A stretch of 64,000 bases of DNA, from the NCBI GenBank assembly GCA_002269645.1, contig NIVC01003380.1, forward strand, positions 1 to 64,000, written 5' to 3'. The stretch is from Macrostomum lignano. Taxonomy: Eukaryota. The notes under the pieces are model-generated. The model did not search any database. It saw only the letters and a program-made list of their open reading frames with translations, and had not been told where the DNA came from. This document shows, piece by piece, positions 11,532 to 23,228 of this stretch (position 1 is its first letter; each line of letters starts with the position of its first letter). A program made the position numbers and the translations under genes.

Positions 11532-13164
11532 GGCGCGACGGTGGGTTAGAGCCTGATGTCCAAGGCCAAGTCAAAAAAGTCCAATGTGAAGACCCAAAAC
11601 CCAGAGACTTGGACCTTTGGCTTCTCATAATGCTAAAGTCAGGAAAGTCGTTCAGGAGTCAGTTGAACGAAAAAGCTGTATACGCCTTGTTTTACAGCAA
11701 GCCACAGGTATTTGAGCATGCTGGAAAGGCAGCATGCTTGTTGTTGGACTACACTTTGCATCGTGGCGGGTGCGGCACAGATGATACAGTGTACCTATAT
11801 GGCTTATTTCAAACCATTAGTTGTATTGTTAATATTGGTTTCAGTTATGTAAAAATTGTATGCATAATTCATTTTTTCACAGGCAATTATTAAGTCATTT
11901 TAAGTGACAATGTGCTCCCAGCAGATGCCTAGCTGTCAGAATAACGAGACGCTGCAAATGCGCAAAGTTACAATGGATGGTGCCACCTATCGGGACTAAT
12001 CCATATAAGCAGCTACGAGTACTTGATCGAGCTGGTAAGCTATATTACAGCGGCGACCAATCTTGTGGCCTATGGTAGTATCATGCCCTTGTCCTCTTTG
12101 CAAACATCTCGTGCCATACTACTATTAGAAACTGTTAGAAACTGATATGATACCAGTAGAAAAAAGTAAAAGTACATACAAAAGTACATTAACTATCAAT
12201 AGGAGAACCTATGCTAGGTATTACCCTAGCACAACTTGGTGACAGTTGTAGGACATTTATTAGTAAGAGCAATTAGCATTGTTATAACATTTATGACATT
12301 GATAGTGAGAGTGCATTAATAATAGTATAATACTATATAATAGTTCTAATAGTTTACTTATTTTTATGCTTCTTAGAAAACTCTATTTAAAATACACACT
12401 AAAAAACAAATCATTTATCTTTTGTTTAAATGTTGTGAGTTATAAAAATATTTGTCACAAATATTTTTTGTTTGAAAAAATAAGAAATCTTAGACTTAAG
12501 TATAAATAGGAGCCTAGAAGAGGCCAAGAAAAATAAATTGTGTTAACTTGTTTCCTTCGTATTACAGTTCTGCAAGCTAAATAACTTGCTCTGAATATAT
12601 TTGCTAGATTGCAGTATTCAAAAAGCCTTACTCATTTTCTAGAGTATTAAGCCCCTCATTGGGAGTATCAGAAACTGCTAAGAGCGAGAATTGCCTCAGG
12701 GAAAGAAAGCACTATAGAGTTGTAAGATCGCCTCAGGGCAGGAAAAGTGCCTCAGGGAAGGAAAAGCACCTCAGCTCAGGATGGAATTCTTGCTCGGGGG
12801 TAGGAAAATGCGCGCGCATATTTTTGGAGCAGCGCGCAAGTGCGCACGCCCCATAATCAGGAAGGTGGCACAGTGTGCGCCGGAATAATTTTTGGGACGA
12901 TTTGTGCGCTGTCTATGCGCCATTTGTGCGCTGTCTGTGCGCCACTCTTCACGAGTAGAGTTTTCTAAGAAAGGCCTTCATACGAAAAGCCTTTTTAAAA
13001 TTTTACACAATAATTTCATTTTAAACAAACTTAAACTATACCTACAATTGGAGTAATGCAAAATTGACATCCTTAGCGATAATTTATACTAATTTTATTT
13101 ACTATTAATTTTAAAGAAGCAAAAAGTTTACCACTGACTTTCTAGACTATACAAATCTCCTTTA

Positions 13165-13330
13165 TCTCTACATATAAATCAAAACTCTGTCTGTGTGTGT
13201 GTGTGTGTGTGTCTGTGTACAAATTTGATCGCTATGGACTCCCAAACCACTCAACCAAATTACACCAAACTTTACACCCACCCTAAACTTACTACCGAGA
13301 ATGTCTTAGGCTACCTTTAAATTTCCTAGA
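13165..13330 (+). mobile_element. Probable non-autonomous Helitron 5' end
   Basis: A|TCTCTACATATAAATC start, (TG)n microsatellite, then AACCACT...ACCAAATT..ACCAAACTT. Layout resembles the heads at 1028 and 6917. No 3' hairpin or CTAG found. Confidence 0.45.
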
Positions 13331-14087
13331 CTCAAGTCTTCCTGCCTAAAAGTACAAAAAACTGCTCAAAATGCGCAATTTTTTCACTTAATCCTCCATG
13401 GCGCCGCTCCACTTCTACCAATTCTCTTCAAATTTGACACAGATAATCTTAAACTATTTTGGCACAATCATGTAAAAATTGTAAAAGTTAATCCTGAGCG
13501 GTGTTGTGCACTTTTAAAGTTAGGCTGTTTTTTCAGCGAGACAGCCACCCCAACCTCCGCCCGCCTGCCTCTCTTTCCCGATCTGGGCCCAGATGTGTAA
13601 AAGGGTTTTAAAATTGACTAACTTTCAGCTGCTATAAGTTTGCTCCACGTGAAGCGATTGATTTCTAACTTAACACAATTCTTCTTTGATTCATTCTGTC
13701 TAAATGTAAAGTCTCAACTCTGTATCTCAAACAGGACGCAAACTGTAAGCATGTGAAGTTTGTCTGCTTTTTCTGTTGTTTGTGCCGCTCTTTCACTCAT
13801 TCCCCCAGCTCAGACGAAGGGTCAGGCGATAGGGCTCAATGTACAGTGTTTTGGAATAACTTTTTAATAGCCTTCTCTGTACCCCCGCGAGTGGAGAGGC
13901 GTGTGGGAAGGAGAGAGTTTAGCGAGAGATTCAAACTACTGTACTCTGTATAGACAAGTCGCAGCAGTTAAACAAGGATGGCAAATCAAGGCTATGTGGG
14001 ATGGTTTGTAAAAATAGCGAAAAATTAATGAATAAACTAATTACAATGCAATCCTACTAAATTAGTTACACCATGAAAATTTTAACA

Positions 14088-15330
14088 TTATATGAGTGAG
14101 GAGAAGTGAGTGAGGAGAGAGAAGAGGAAAGAGGAGAATGAAGAGGGGAGCGAGTAGAAAGGAGAGAGTAGATCAGCGAGTAGAGGAGCGAGTGGAGAGG
14201 AGAGAGTAGATGAGCGAGTAGAGAGGAGAGAGTAGAGAGTAGAGTAGCGAGTGGAGAGGAGAGAGTAGAGGAGCGAGTAGAGAGGAAAGAGTAGAGAGTA
14301 GAGTAGCGAGTGGAGAGGAGAGAGTAGAGGAGCGAGTAGAGAGGAGAGAGTAGAGTAGCGAGTGGAGAGGAGAGAGTAGAGGAGCGAGTAGAGAGGAGAG
14401 AGTAGAGAGGAGCGAGTAGAGAGGAGCGAGTAGAGAGGAGAGTAGAGGAGCGAGTAGAGAGGAGAGAGTAGAGAGCTGCAGATGAGAGGAGAGCAGAGAG
14501 AAGAGCAGAGAGGAGTTAGTAAAGAGGAGAAATGAGAGATAAAGGAGGGAAGTGGAGAGAGAAGAGACGAGACAAGAGAGGGAGAGAGTATATAGAAGAG
14601 GGAAGAGAAGAGAAGATAAGAAAGAAGAAAGGAAAGTGAGGAGACAAAAGAGGTGAAAGAAAAGAGTACATAGGACAGAATGAGAGAACATATAAGACAG
14701 TAAAGATGACAGATGAAAGAGGGGGGTGAGCTGAGAGCAGAGACGAAAATGAACAGACGAGAGATGGGAGAGAACAGAGAACAGATGAGAGATAAGAGAG
14801 AAGAGATTATAGAGACGAGAGGAGAGACAAAGGGAGAGAGAAGTGAGTGAGGCGAGAGGAGAGAAAAGAGAATGGAAGGGAGAGAGTAGAGAGGAGAAGA
14901 AAGATAAGAGAGGAGAGATAAGAGAGAGGGGGGAAGCAGACAGAGAGGGGGGAAGCAGAGAGAGAGGGGGGAAGCAGAGAGGGGGGAAGCAGAGAGGGGG
15001 GAAGCAGAGAGAGAGGGAGGAAGCAGAGAGAAATGAAAAGAGATAAAAGAGAAGAGAAAGGAGAGATCAGAGAGCAAATAAAGACGAGAGAGAAGAGAGG
15101 TGAAGAAAAAGACAAGAGAAGAGTGGGAGGAGAGGAAAGAGAAAAGAAGAGAAAAGAGATGAGATAAGAGAGATGAAAAAGAAGAGAAATGAGGGAAGAT
15201 ACGAGAGAAGAGGGGAGAGAGGAGAGAGGAAAAAAGAGAAGAGAGGAGAGGAGAGAGAGCTCAGAGAGGAGAGACGAGGGACGAGAGAGAAGAGAGGAAA
15301 CAGAAGAGAAGATAGAAGTTTCAAAGGATC
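14088..15330. repeat. About 1.2 kb AG-rich homopurine low-complexity tract with internal tandem units
   Basis: Almost pure A/G on the + strand, with units such as GAGCGAGTAGAGAGGAGAGAGTAGA and GGGGGAAGCAGAGA. Confidence 0.95.
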
Positions 15331-16037
15331 CAATGGATGTAGGGAGAGTCAGAAGCAGAGGCCAGAGTTTGCCAATACATGTTTTAGAGTCAGACAGACA
15401 TTAATTGCCTATTTAAAGTAAAAAGCACCCCAGCCAACAATATCAATGTTTGCCTCAAATTCTAAATGTACGCGAATGTACTCCATTTTGTTTACCTCTA
15501 TCTTACTAACTAACTATTAACAAGTTTTTGTTTCAGTATGGGCTCAGTTTCAGCTCAGATTTCAGATTTCTCAGATTGGAATTCCCTGGGTTCAAATTCT
15601 GCGGGTTTCAACAGCGTGTTTTACATAAAATTGTTAATTTGCATTACAATTTTCATGCATGTCAGGGACCTTATGCGCCGCAATTATGCGCTGCATGCGC
15701 TAGGGACCTCAGTGTGTGCCATGATTGAGCGCTGCATGCGCCAGGGACTTCAGTGTGCGCCATGATTGTGTGCCAAGGACCCCTTGTGTATGCCAGAATT
15801 TTCCATGGCAAAGGCCACCTTCCTGACTATGGCGCATGCCAGTTGTAAAAAAGTCATGATGCAGGTCATGGCAGGCCCATGCACTAAAAATTAAAATTTC
15901 TAGTTTTTCAATTCTAACGCCGACATAAATTAGAAAGTTGTACTTTAAGTGTAAAATAGCTTGAACAAAAGTTTTACTAAACTTTTAAGTAACTGTTTTT
16001 GCTAAAAACTATTATTATTTGTTTTACTTTTGTTTAA

Positions 16038-16071
16038 AATTTTCCGGCGTAAAAACATCTTCTGGACTATG
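16038..16071. repeat. Orphan degenerate right TIR of the CCATAG family
   Basis: Reverse complement CATAGTCCAGAAGATGTTTTTACGCCGGAAAA resembles CCATAGTCCGGAAGGTGGCTTTTACGCCGGAA at 22650. Probably the right end of the copy whose transposase lies at 7874-12078. Confidence 0.65.
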
Positions 16072-17028
16072 AAAAATAAGAGAATTTGAGCACGTATACA
16101 CTACATGGCACATAACCATGTTGAATACATATAAAAGTCAAATCCTATCTGTGATTTTGTGGCAAACAGCTAGCTTCTTTGCAAGCGCATACGATGGACC
16201 ATAGTCAGGAAGGTGTCCGTACGCCGGAATTTTCCGGCGTACATCAGCCCCCCCCCCAAAAAAATGGCGTACAGTTTCGCGTACACGCGGTCCGAAAAAT
16301 GGCGTACAGAGTTCTTGGCGTACACAACACAGTTTTCGCATGCAAAAATCTGTCCAAAAATCGGCCTACAATATTTGCATGTGATTGGCGTAAGAACAAA
16401 CGTTTAAAAAACCTGCAAACAACCCAATTACTTCGACAAAGTATTGTATATCGTTCAATTTTAGTGAATTGGTAAATCTATTTTCATCTTTAAAACGCTG
16501 AAATTACGTAAATTTTGAATCTAATTTATTGTTAACAAAACTTTACTAAAGTTTTGTGTAAGTCAGTTATTTATTTTAACTTATTAACTAATTCTGTACA
16601 ATAATTACTTTAGTATTTTAGATTTCTTCACGTTACAACAGATGACATACAGGTAAGTTAAGATTTAAGTTGCAAATTTCGCGCATTTGCAGTTTTATTT
16701 TATTACATTTGTTAGCAATTTCGTCGTCGAGTTCGTCTTCTTCAAGTTCGTTCTTCAGACCATTCAAATTGATCTGTTCTCTCTCCTGGATTTTTGCAAC
16801 TATTATTATTGTATTTGTATATACTAATATACTGATTGCTTCGCTTGTTGTCTTGACTTGTGTTGTGTTATTGTGTAACTTGTGTGTAACTTTGTAAGCA
16901 CAATCGAATCCACAAGGAAGGAAGTGAAATATAAATATTCAGTGTTGACTCGACTGTGTTGTCGTGTTGATATAGCCAGGCTCATCGGCTCAGAAACTTT
17001 AACCATACCATTGCAAGTTGCAACACCA

Positions 17029-20000
17029 ATGGAAACTAGTGACACTGTCACTGTCACTGACACTGACACTGAGGACGAGGTCGAGGAGATGGAAGTTTCT
17101 TCTGATAATGTCAATGCTATTGATAAAGCTTTGGATTCAACTTCAAGCTCACTTAGCTCAGCTATTGATTCTAGTAAGTGTGGCCTGTTGCTGTTGAGCC
17201 TGGCTGCCTGTTTGCTAATTGCCTGTTTTCAATCTTCTTTTCTTATCTTTTATTATAAATTATAAGTTCTGAAGAAAATAAATTTTAGACAGAATATTAA
17301 ACATTGAGCTAGGGACCAATATGAATAGCCTTGATTCTCAAATTTTGCTTTTAAATATATTATGCTAATCAGCTAATGCAGCCATGCCCATAGCATACAT
17401 GATACATACAGTACAGGCTACAGGCTACAGCCTTGCCTATACTTTTGTTAACATTGACAAGTCTAGTCATTAAGTCTTAAGTCTAGTCATTCATTCATGA
17501 TGATTCATGTTATTGTTATTGATTGTCAGATTCCGACAAGTAGGCCAGTTTTTATCCAATCCAAATCCAATATATGTATATGTTCTATTTTAGTGTAGTG
17601 TAGTCAAACATCAATAAGTATAAAGTATGTATATTGTTTAATTTCACATTCTATTATTTACATGAGATCTGACTCTGACTCATACATTGATTTGATAGTG
17701 ATTGATAGGTGATAGCTGATACTGCCATACTCATACTTAACTTTATTTTATTGTTGACTTATTATAAATTTTTGACTTACTTTTCTTAGACAATACAGTT
17801 AGTTAATTAGTTTTGTATATATGTAGCAATGCAATCCAAAGCTGTAGGCTGTGCCTGTAGGTAGAATGTATGTAGCATTCAAAATCAGAGTCATCAGACC
17901 AAGACCATTTTCATTATTACCATATTATATTAATCCCCGCCCTTTCTATCTATTCTATAGCAACATTATTTTAAACCCCTTAAGTAGCCCCAATAAAACC
18001 CTTTCACTAAAACAGGTTTTTCGGCTGCTTCTACTTCATCAAAGGCAGCTGGTCCTAAGACAGGTCTTAAAGAAGGCTGGGGATTTTTTGCAACCCCAAA
18101 TCAGCTGCAGCCTATTTCTAATTCTAACAATCGCAAGCGAAAGTCTGTTAGTAATTCTGGCCCAAGTCAGTTAGAAGCCAAGCAACCCAAAAGAGTAATT
18201 GCACAGGATGTGCACTACTGTTTGTCCTGCTTAAGGGCTGGTCGAAATTTGCGAAACTGCCGAACAGTCCGTGGTCTTCCACATGATCTTAATCGGCACT
18301 GTAAGAGTCAACACCAGGGGCGCAAAGGTGTTGGACATGCACCTCCTGATTTCGCTCGAAGAGATAACCAGGAGGTTCGAAGGCTGTTGAATGAGCGTGC
18401 CCTGCAAAATGTAGCTACTGTGGAAGACGAAGAGGACGACTTGAGTGCTGAGGTTGATCAGTCTGAACAGCAGCAGCAGCAGTCATCCGATCAGCAGCAG
18501 TCATCCGATCAGCAGCAGTCATCCGATCAGCAGCAGTCATCCGATCAGCAGCAGTCATCCGATCAGCAGCAGTCATCCGATCAGCAGCAGTCATCCGATC
18601 AGCAGCAGTCATCTGATCAGCAGCAGTCATCCGATCAGCAGCAGTCATCCGATCAGCAGCAGTCATCCGATCAGCAGCAGTCATCCGATCAGCAGCAGTC
18701 ATCCGATCAGCAGCAGTCATCCGATCAGCAGCAGTCATCCAATCAGCAGCAGTCATCCGATCAGCAGCAGTCATCCGATCAGCAGCAGTCATCCGGTCAG
18801 CAGCAGTCATCCGGTCAGCAGCAGTCATCTGGTCAGCAGCAGTCATCCGGTCAGCAGCAGCAGACAGACCTGCAGTGTCGTCTACAGTTGCGACTCGAAG
18901 CTGTTGATTCAGCACCAGCTCCAGAAAACATGGCTAAGAAGATCACTGCTCTGCAAAAGGCGTTCGAGTCACAGACGCAGGAGATTGTGCAGATGAAAAA
19001 ACTGCTTGAAAATATATCCGTCAATGCTGTTGCTACATCTAAATGTAGTAAGGGCAGCAATCAAGAAAATAAGTCCAAAATCGACCTCGGCAACGATGAT
19101 GTGGCGGCCACAAATAGTTTCGCTGAGTTACTGCAGTTTGAGTTTTGTTCGCTCAAGTCGTGCGAGAATGGTGACTCGATTTTTAACTGCGTTCCCTGTG
19201 TCACGTTCCTCTGCAAGTCGAAACTGATGCCTACCAACTGTACAGCCGAGCAAATCTACAGCATTCTGTAAGTCGAATGTTTTTTATATGTACTGTATGT
19301 AGAGTCCGTTTAGACGGGATAGTCTTAAAGAAGTACTTAAGGTGTTAATGTACTGAGCTTTTCACTTTTCCAGGAACCCCACCACCACTGAAAAGAATAA
19401 GTCCTTCAGCAGAGGGCTACGACTTTCAGCCGAACGAGTCGCAGGTTTGCTAAGTGGTGTGGACGAGTTCTCCAAATTTCGCAATGAACTCGTAAACCAC
19501 TGTTCGACAAGCAAGACCCACTATTCGGCTGTGAAGGACTACCGAACCGAAGTCGTACAACAGACGGCACAAGGCAAGGTTGTGCGCACCCTTCTCCGCT
19601 GTGCTATTGCGACAATTGAAATGGCTGCTGCGGGTTCGCATTACGAGACTCTAATGAGTCTGCTCGATGCGTCTGATTGTGAAGTTGGTCAGATTGGCCA
19701 TGGCTTGTAAGTTTACCTGCAAACATATCTATAAATAATTTTATTTAAATGCAATCAGATATACTTAATAAATAATAACTTTGTCATTTCACCTACCCTC
19801 CCTCCTTACAAAGTGCATTCTGCAAAGAACTTTGGAAGTTATTAGACGCCTGCGTAAACGACGAAAGTGCAGAGTTTCTGCGGTGTCCTCTGCCTTCGAC
19901 TGGACAGCCGCCTCTGCTGACCATCACCTGCGACAAAAGCACCCCAGGCCGCACAACGAATCAGGCGGCACTCCTTCTAGCTCGCTGCGAAAATGGCGAA

Positions 20001-22273
20001 GCCGTAGCGATTCCTGCGGGTGCACCTGCTGTGTACGACTCTGCAATGCAAGCAGATGGGGAAGCCCTGGCCAAAAGACTAATGCAGACACTTAAGGTAA
20101 CCGTCACTAACGTATTATTTTTTGGACGATTGAAGGGATTCTAACAGTTTTAAACTTTAAATTAGACGAGTGCTTAATTTCATCATTTTGAATCTATCAG
20201 GTGTTGAAGACGCCCACTGCAAGCATCATGGGTATCGTCGCTGATGGCCAGTACCAAGCTGGCACATTCTGCCGCGCTATTCGGACCGAGCTCGGGGCCC
20301 CTGTCGATGACGTCGAAAAGATTCCTGTGATGTGGGATGCGGCACACTACTTGAATCTGGCCGTCACTGATGTTCGCGATGGACCTGATGGGGAGTCATT
20401 GCGCCGGTTTATAAAGCGAGCGAATTTTTTTGCTACCTATTTCAGCCATGGTCGTGGTGAGGCAGCACTGAAAGAGGCGTCAGACGGTTCAGCTCGAGCG
20501 ATGTCGCATTTCGCAGCCCAGCGTTTCACGAGCTCTGCAATCAAGTAAGTACCAGCTATTATCAATAAATAGTCTAATAAAAATGGTGATGAAAAGCGTA
20601 AATAAAAATTTATTTAATGTCCTCCCACTACGCTTCTTTTTTTAGACAGTGGTCCGCCATTGAGGCAAGTTACGCCGCTCTGCACACCGCATTTCGAGCA
20701 GAAAATCCGTGCTGCTCTGATGACGAAGAGTCGCAATATGCAATGTTCGGAAGCGACTTCGTTTTTGACTTGCTGTGCCTGCAGGACCTTTTTGGTCCAC
20801 TAGTCTCCCTGATGGAAGTGGCTCAGAACCTCCAGTTGCCTCACTGGAAGGTTTCCGTGCTGGCCGATCGGGTAGCGAAGCATTTTGCTGATCACTCAGA
20901 GGTTTTCCGAGTTGAGGATTACCCACGACTGCAGGTAAATGATTTGGGCCTATATGTAAGGGCTTAAACTATATTTAAAGGGCTTAAATTTGCGCATTCA
21001 TTTCTTTCCTACTTCACTTCAATTTTTACAGCCCTTCTATGAGTCCATCAAACCGGGAGGCTCATTCAAATCGGTCGAATTGATGGGCGGATGGCTTGTA
21101 CTGCCGGACAAGCCCACGGTGACCGCTCGAGGCAACCAACGCACCGGTAGGCCAAGCAGCAGGGTCGACTGGCAACTCCGAGAGTCCCAGGATATGGAGC
21201 GGGTAATTTTTAACTCTGAGTTTTAGCACCGCTACTGTGTAAAAGTATAAACTTCTGTCATGTCATGATTAGTGTATTAACGCACTTATATATATTTATA
21301 ATTCTCTCCAGGACCTAGTCCAGTTGGCTTCAAGCCTGCACCGCTCCTTTCTTGCGCGATTGGAGAAATGCTGCGTCAGGGATCCGTCAATTGTCCTGGA
21401 TGCAGCATCTGCCGTTAGCCTGTTGACTGCCGAGGACATCGAAGAGGCAGTCGAGAATGCAACTCATGCCGTTGAGATGAAGCACCTCGTCCGCCTTGCT
21501 GAAAAGCACGAGCGTCTCGCACCGCACGTGAAGTCGTCCCTATCACGGAAGTATTTGGAGGCTTTTATCACGACTATTCACGAGGCATTCATCTCAGGCG
21601 ACGGCCGAGATAACTGGCTCACACCTGCTGTACAGGGTCGCATTATTAAGGTCTCTGCGGAACCCCGCAAGTCAGGCGATCTGGCGCTTCGACTGCGACT
21701 GACTACAGAGCCAGGCGAGTCTGTCTGCGCCACGCTTAACGAGTCAGCAGTATATGCGGCTTTTTACAAGGACCCTCGGGTTTATTCCCGCGCTGGTCAA
21801 GCCACATGTCTGTTGCTCGACTTTGCTCTTCACCGCGGCGGCACAGGTGAGCATGAGCTAGTCTGAAAAGTTTTAGGTATGCAGAATTTTAATACTTTGT
21901 AATTATGGAAACTTTCGTTTTTTTAGAAGTGATTGTCGAATCCTACTACGCGACAATACGCTCGCAGCAAAAAATCGGCGGTCAGCTCAACGACACGCTC
22001 GAGGTAAGAATGAAGCTGCGCTGGATGCTGCTGCCAGTGGGTACCAGTGCCAATGAGCGACTCTTGGGACGAGCTGCGAAACTTTATTACACTGGCGACA
22101 GTCAAAGAAGCTTGCGGCAACACCGTGGACCACTCTTCTTCGACCCCAAAGCCCGCGCTCGCAAGAAGTATGAATCTAGCAAAGTGATTGATCGGCGCCG
22201 GGAACAGGGTAGTCGGTGTCTGTTCGTCGGAGCCGATAAGTCTCTGTCAGAATCGTTGTCTGAAAACAAATGA
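17029..22273 (+). CDS. hAT-like DDE transposase, 9 exons, about 1232 aa
   Basis: Exons 17029-17173, 18016-19267, 19374-19706, 19814-20096, 20201-20544, 20646-20934, 21032-21202, 21312-21846 and 21927-22273 splice GT-AG in phase without stops (3699 nt). RKRK NLS-like motif and zinc-finger-like CLSC...HCKSQH and CVPC...HCSTSKTH. Putative triad TCDKST, VADGQY and IVESYY, with WDAAHYLNLAV. Start codon uncertain. Confidence 0.82.
18482..18859 (+). repeat. Coding 18-bp tandem repeat, about 21 units, (SSDQQQ)n
   Basis: TCATCCGATCAGCAGCAG repeated nearly perfectly; the last four units encode SSG. Confidence 0.95.
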
Positions 22274-22649
22274 ACTTTTTAATAGGTAATTAATACATAA
22301 ATTTTAAATCTGTAAATTGCAGCGTTTTTTTGGGTCCTCAATTTTGGCGTACGCTTTTTTTGGGCTATTCAATTTTGGCGTACGTCAAAAAGCGCTTTTT
22401 TAGGGCTTTTCAATTTTGGCGTACACAACATTTTTTCTTAATTTTCATTCCGGCGTACACTGGACACCTTCCTGACTATGGACAACGGAGCGTGCACACA
22501 CCTTCTTTAAGAGTGCCCAAGTAGGCTCCTTTTCAGCGCGCAAGCGCAAACAAATTTGACAAGCACGTACAAATGCATAACAACTTTTGTGCAAGAATTC
22601 CATCTTGGCCTCAGGGCAAAGAAAATGCATAAGGCTATGACTTTTGATC

Positions 22650-23109
22650 CCATAGTCCGGAAGGTGGCTTTTACGCCGGAATTTTCCGGCGTAATTTTGC
22701 ACTCGCTGACAATCTTGGCGTACATTTGGCGTATAGAATATTCAGGTTCAACATGAAGTGTAAACAACTGGCATACAAGAAATAGAAAAGTTCAGGGCTG
22801 ATGCAATCGTGTAGTTAAATATCAATTAACCAAAGCTCTTCTGAATATAAACGGTTAACAAAACAGAAAATATTAACGAAATTTACGAGAAAAACAAAAT
22901 TAAAACAAAGAATATTAGTTTTTGGAAAAAATCAGCCGTTTTCAAGTAAATAATTATTTTTAAGTTTTAAAAAATACAAATTCTTTAAAAAGTTGGCGTA
23001 TAAACAACTTTTGACTTGGCATAAAAAAATTTTGAACTTTACGTCGGCGTAAAATTGAAAAGATACAAATTTTCACTCCGGCGTACGCCTGCCATGATCC
23101 GGACTATGG
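22650..23109. mobile_element. MITE of the CCATAG family (460 bp)
   Basis: 12-bp TIR CCATAGTCCGGA. 8-bp TSD TTTTGATC/CTTTGATC. GGCGTA subterminal repeats. Confidence 0.85.
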
Positions 23110-23228
23110 CTTTGATCTAGGCTAGGGAATGCCAAGGTCAAGGACTGAGAGAAAACTTATAGGAGTAAATAGAGTAGACTGTGCCATTAGACCGCTCAGG
23201 CCAAAGAGTATAGTATATGTATAGACAC

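Larger units (their letters stand above)
7874..12078 (+). pseudogene. 5'-truncated paralog of the hAT-like transposase at 17029-22273, interrupted by an LTR element
   Basis: Translated segments match the intact copy: ANYFASLFGYGRG...RAMSHFASQRFTSSAVK, QDLFKPIVSLMEIAQDLQMSHWKVS, CLLLDYTLHRGG, and DRAGKLYYSGD. Similar intron positions; stops and frameshifts present. Confidence 0.88.
12851..15832. mobile_element. Non-autonomous CCATAG-TIR (hAT-like) element, 2982 bp
   Basis: 19-bp TIR CCATA(A/G)TCAGGAAGGTGGC with 1 mismatch. 8-bp TSD CGCACGCC / CGCATGCC. GC-rich subterminal repeats; no transposase. Confidence 0.85.
16199..22481 (+). mobile_element. Full-length, apparently autonomous CCATAG-TIR hAT-like DNA transposon (6283 bp)
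   Basis: Perfect 20-bp TIR CCATAGTCAGGAAGGTGTCC. 8-bp flanks ACGATGGA/ACAACGGA (6/8 match). Subterminal GGCGTAC repeats at both ends. Encloses an intact transposase. Confidence 0.9.

Noticed and set aside
11982-12000. GCCACCTATCGGGACTAAT resembling a CCATAG-family right TIR
   Set aside because: It lies in coding sequence (WMVPPIGT) that aligns with the last exon of the intact transposase.
14088-15421. Long Leu/Ser-rich and Glu/Arg-rich ORFs
   Set aside because: By-products of the AG-rich low-complexity tract.
18415-18996. Repetitive ORFs (MTAADR)n and (HPISSS)n
   Set aside because: Alternative frames of the 18-bp repeat. Only the SSDQQQ frame splices into the transposase.
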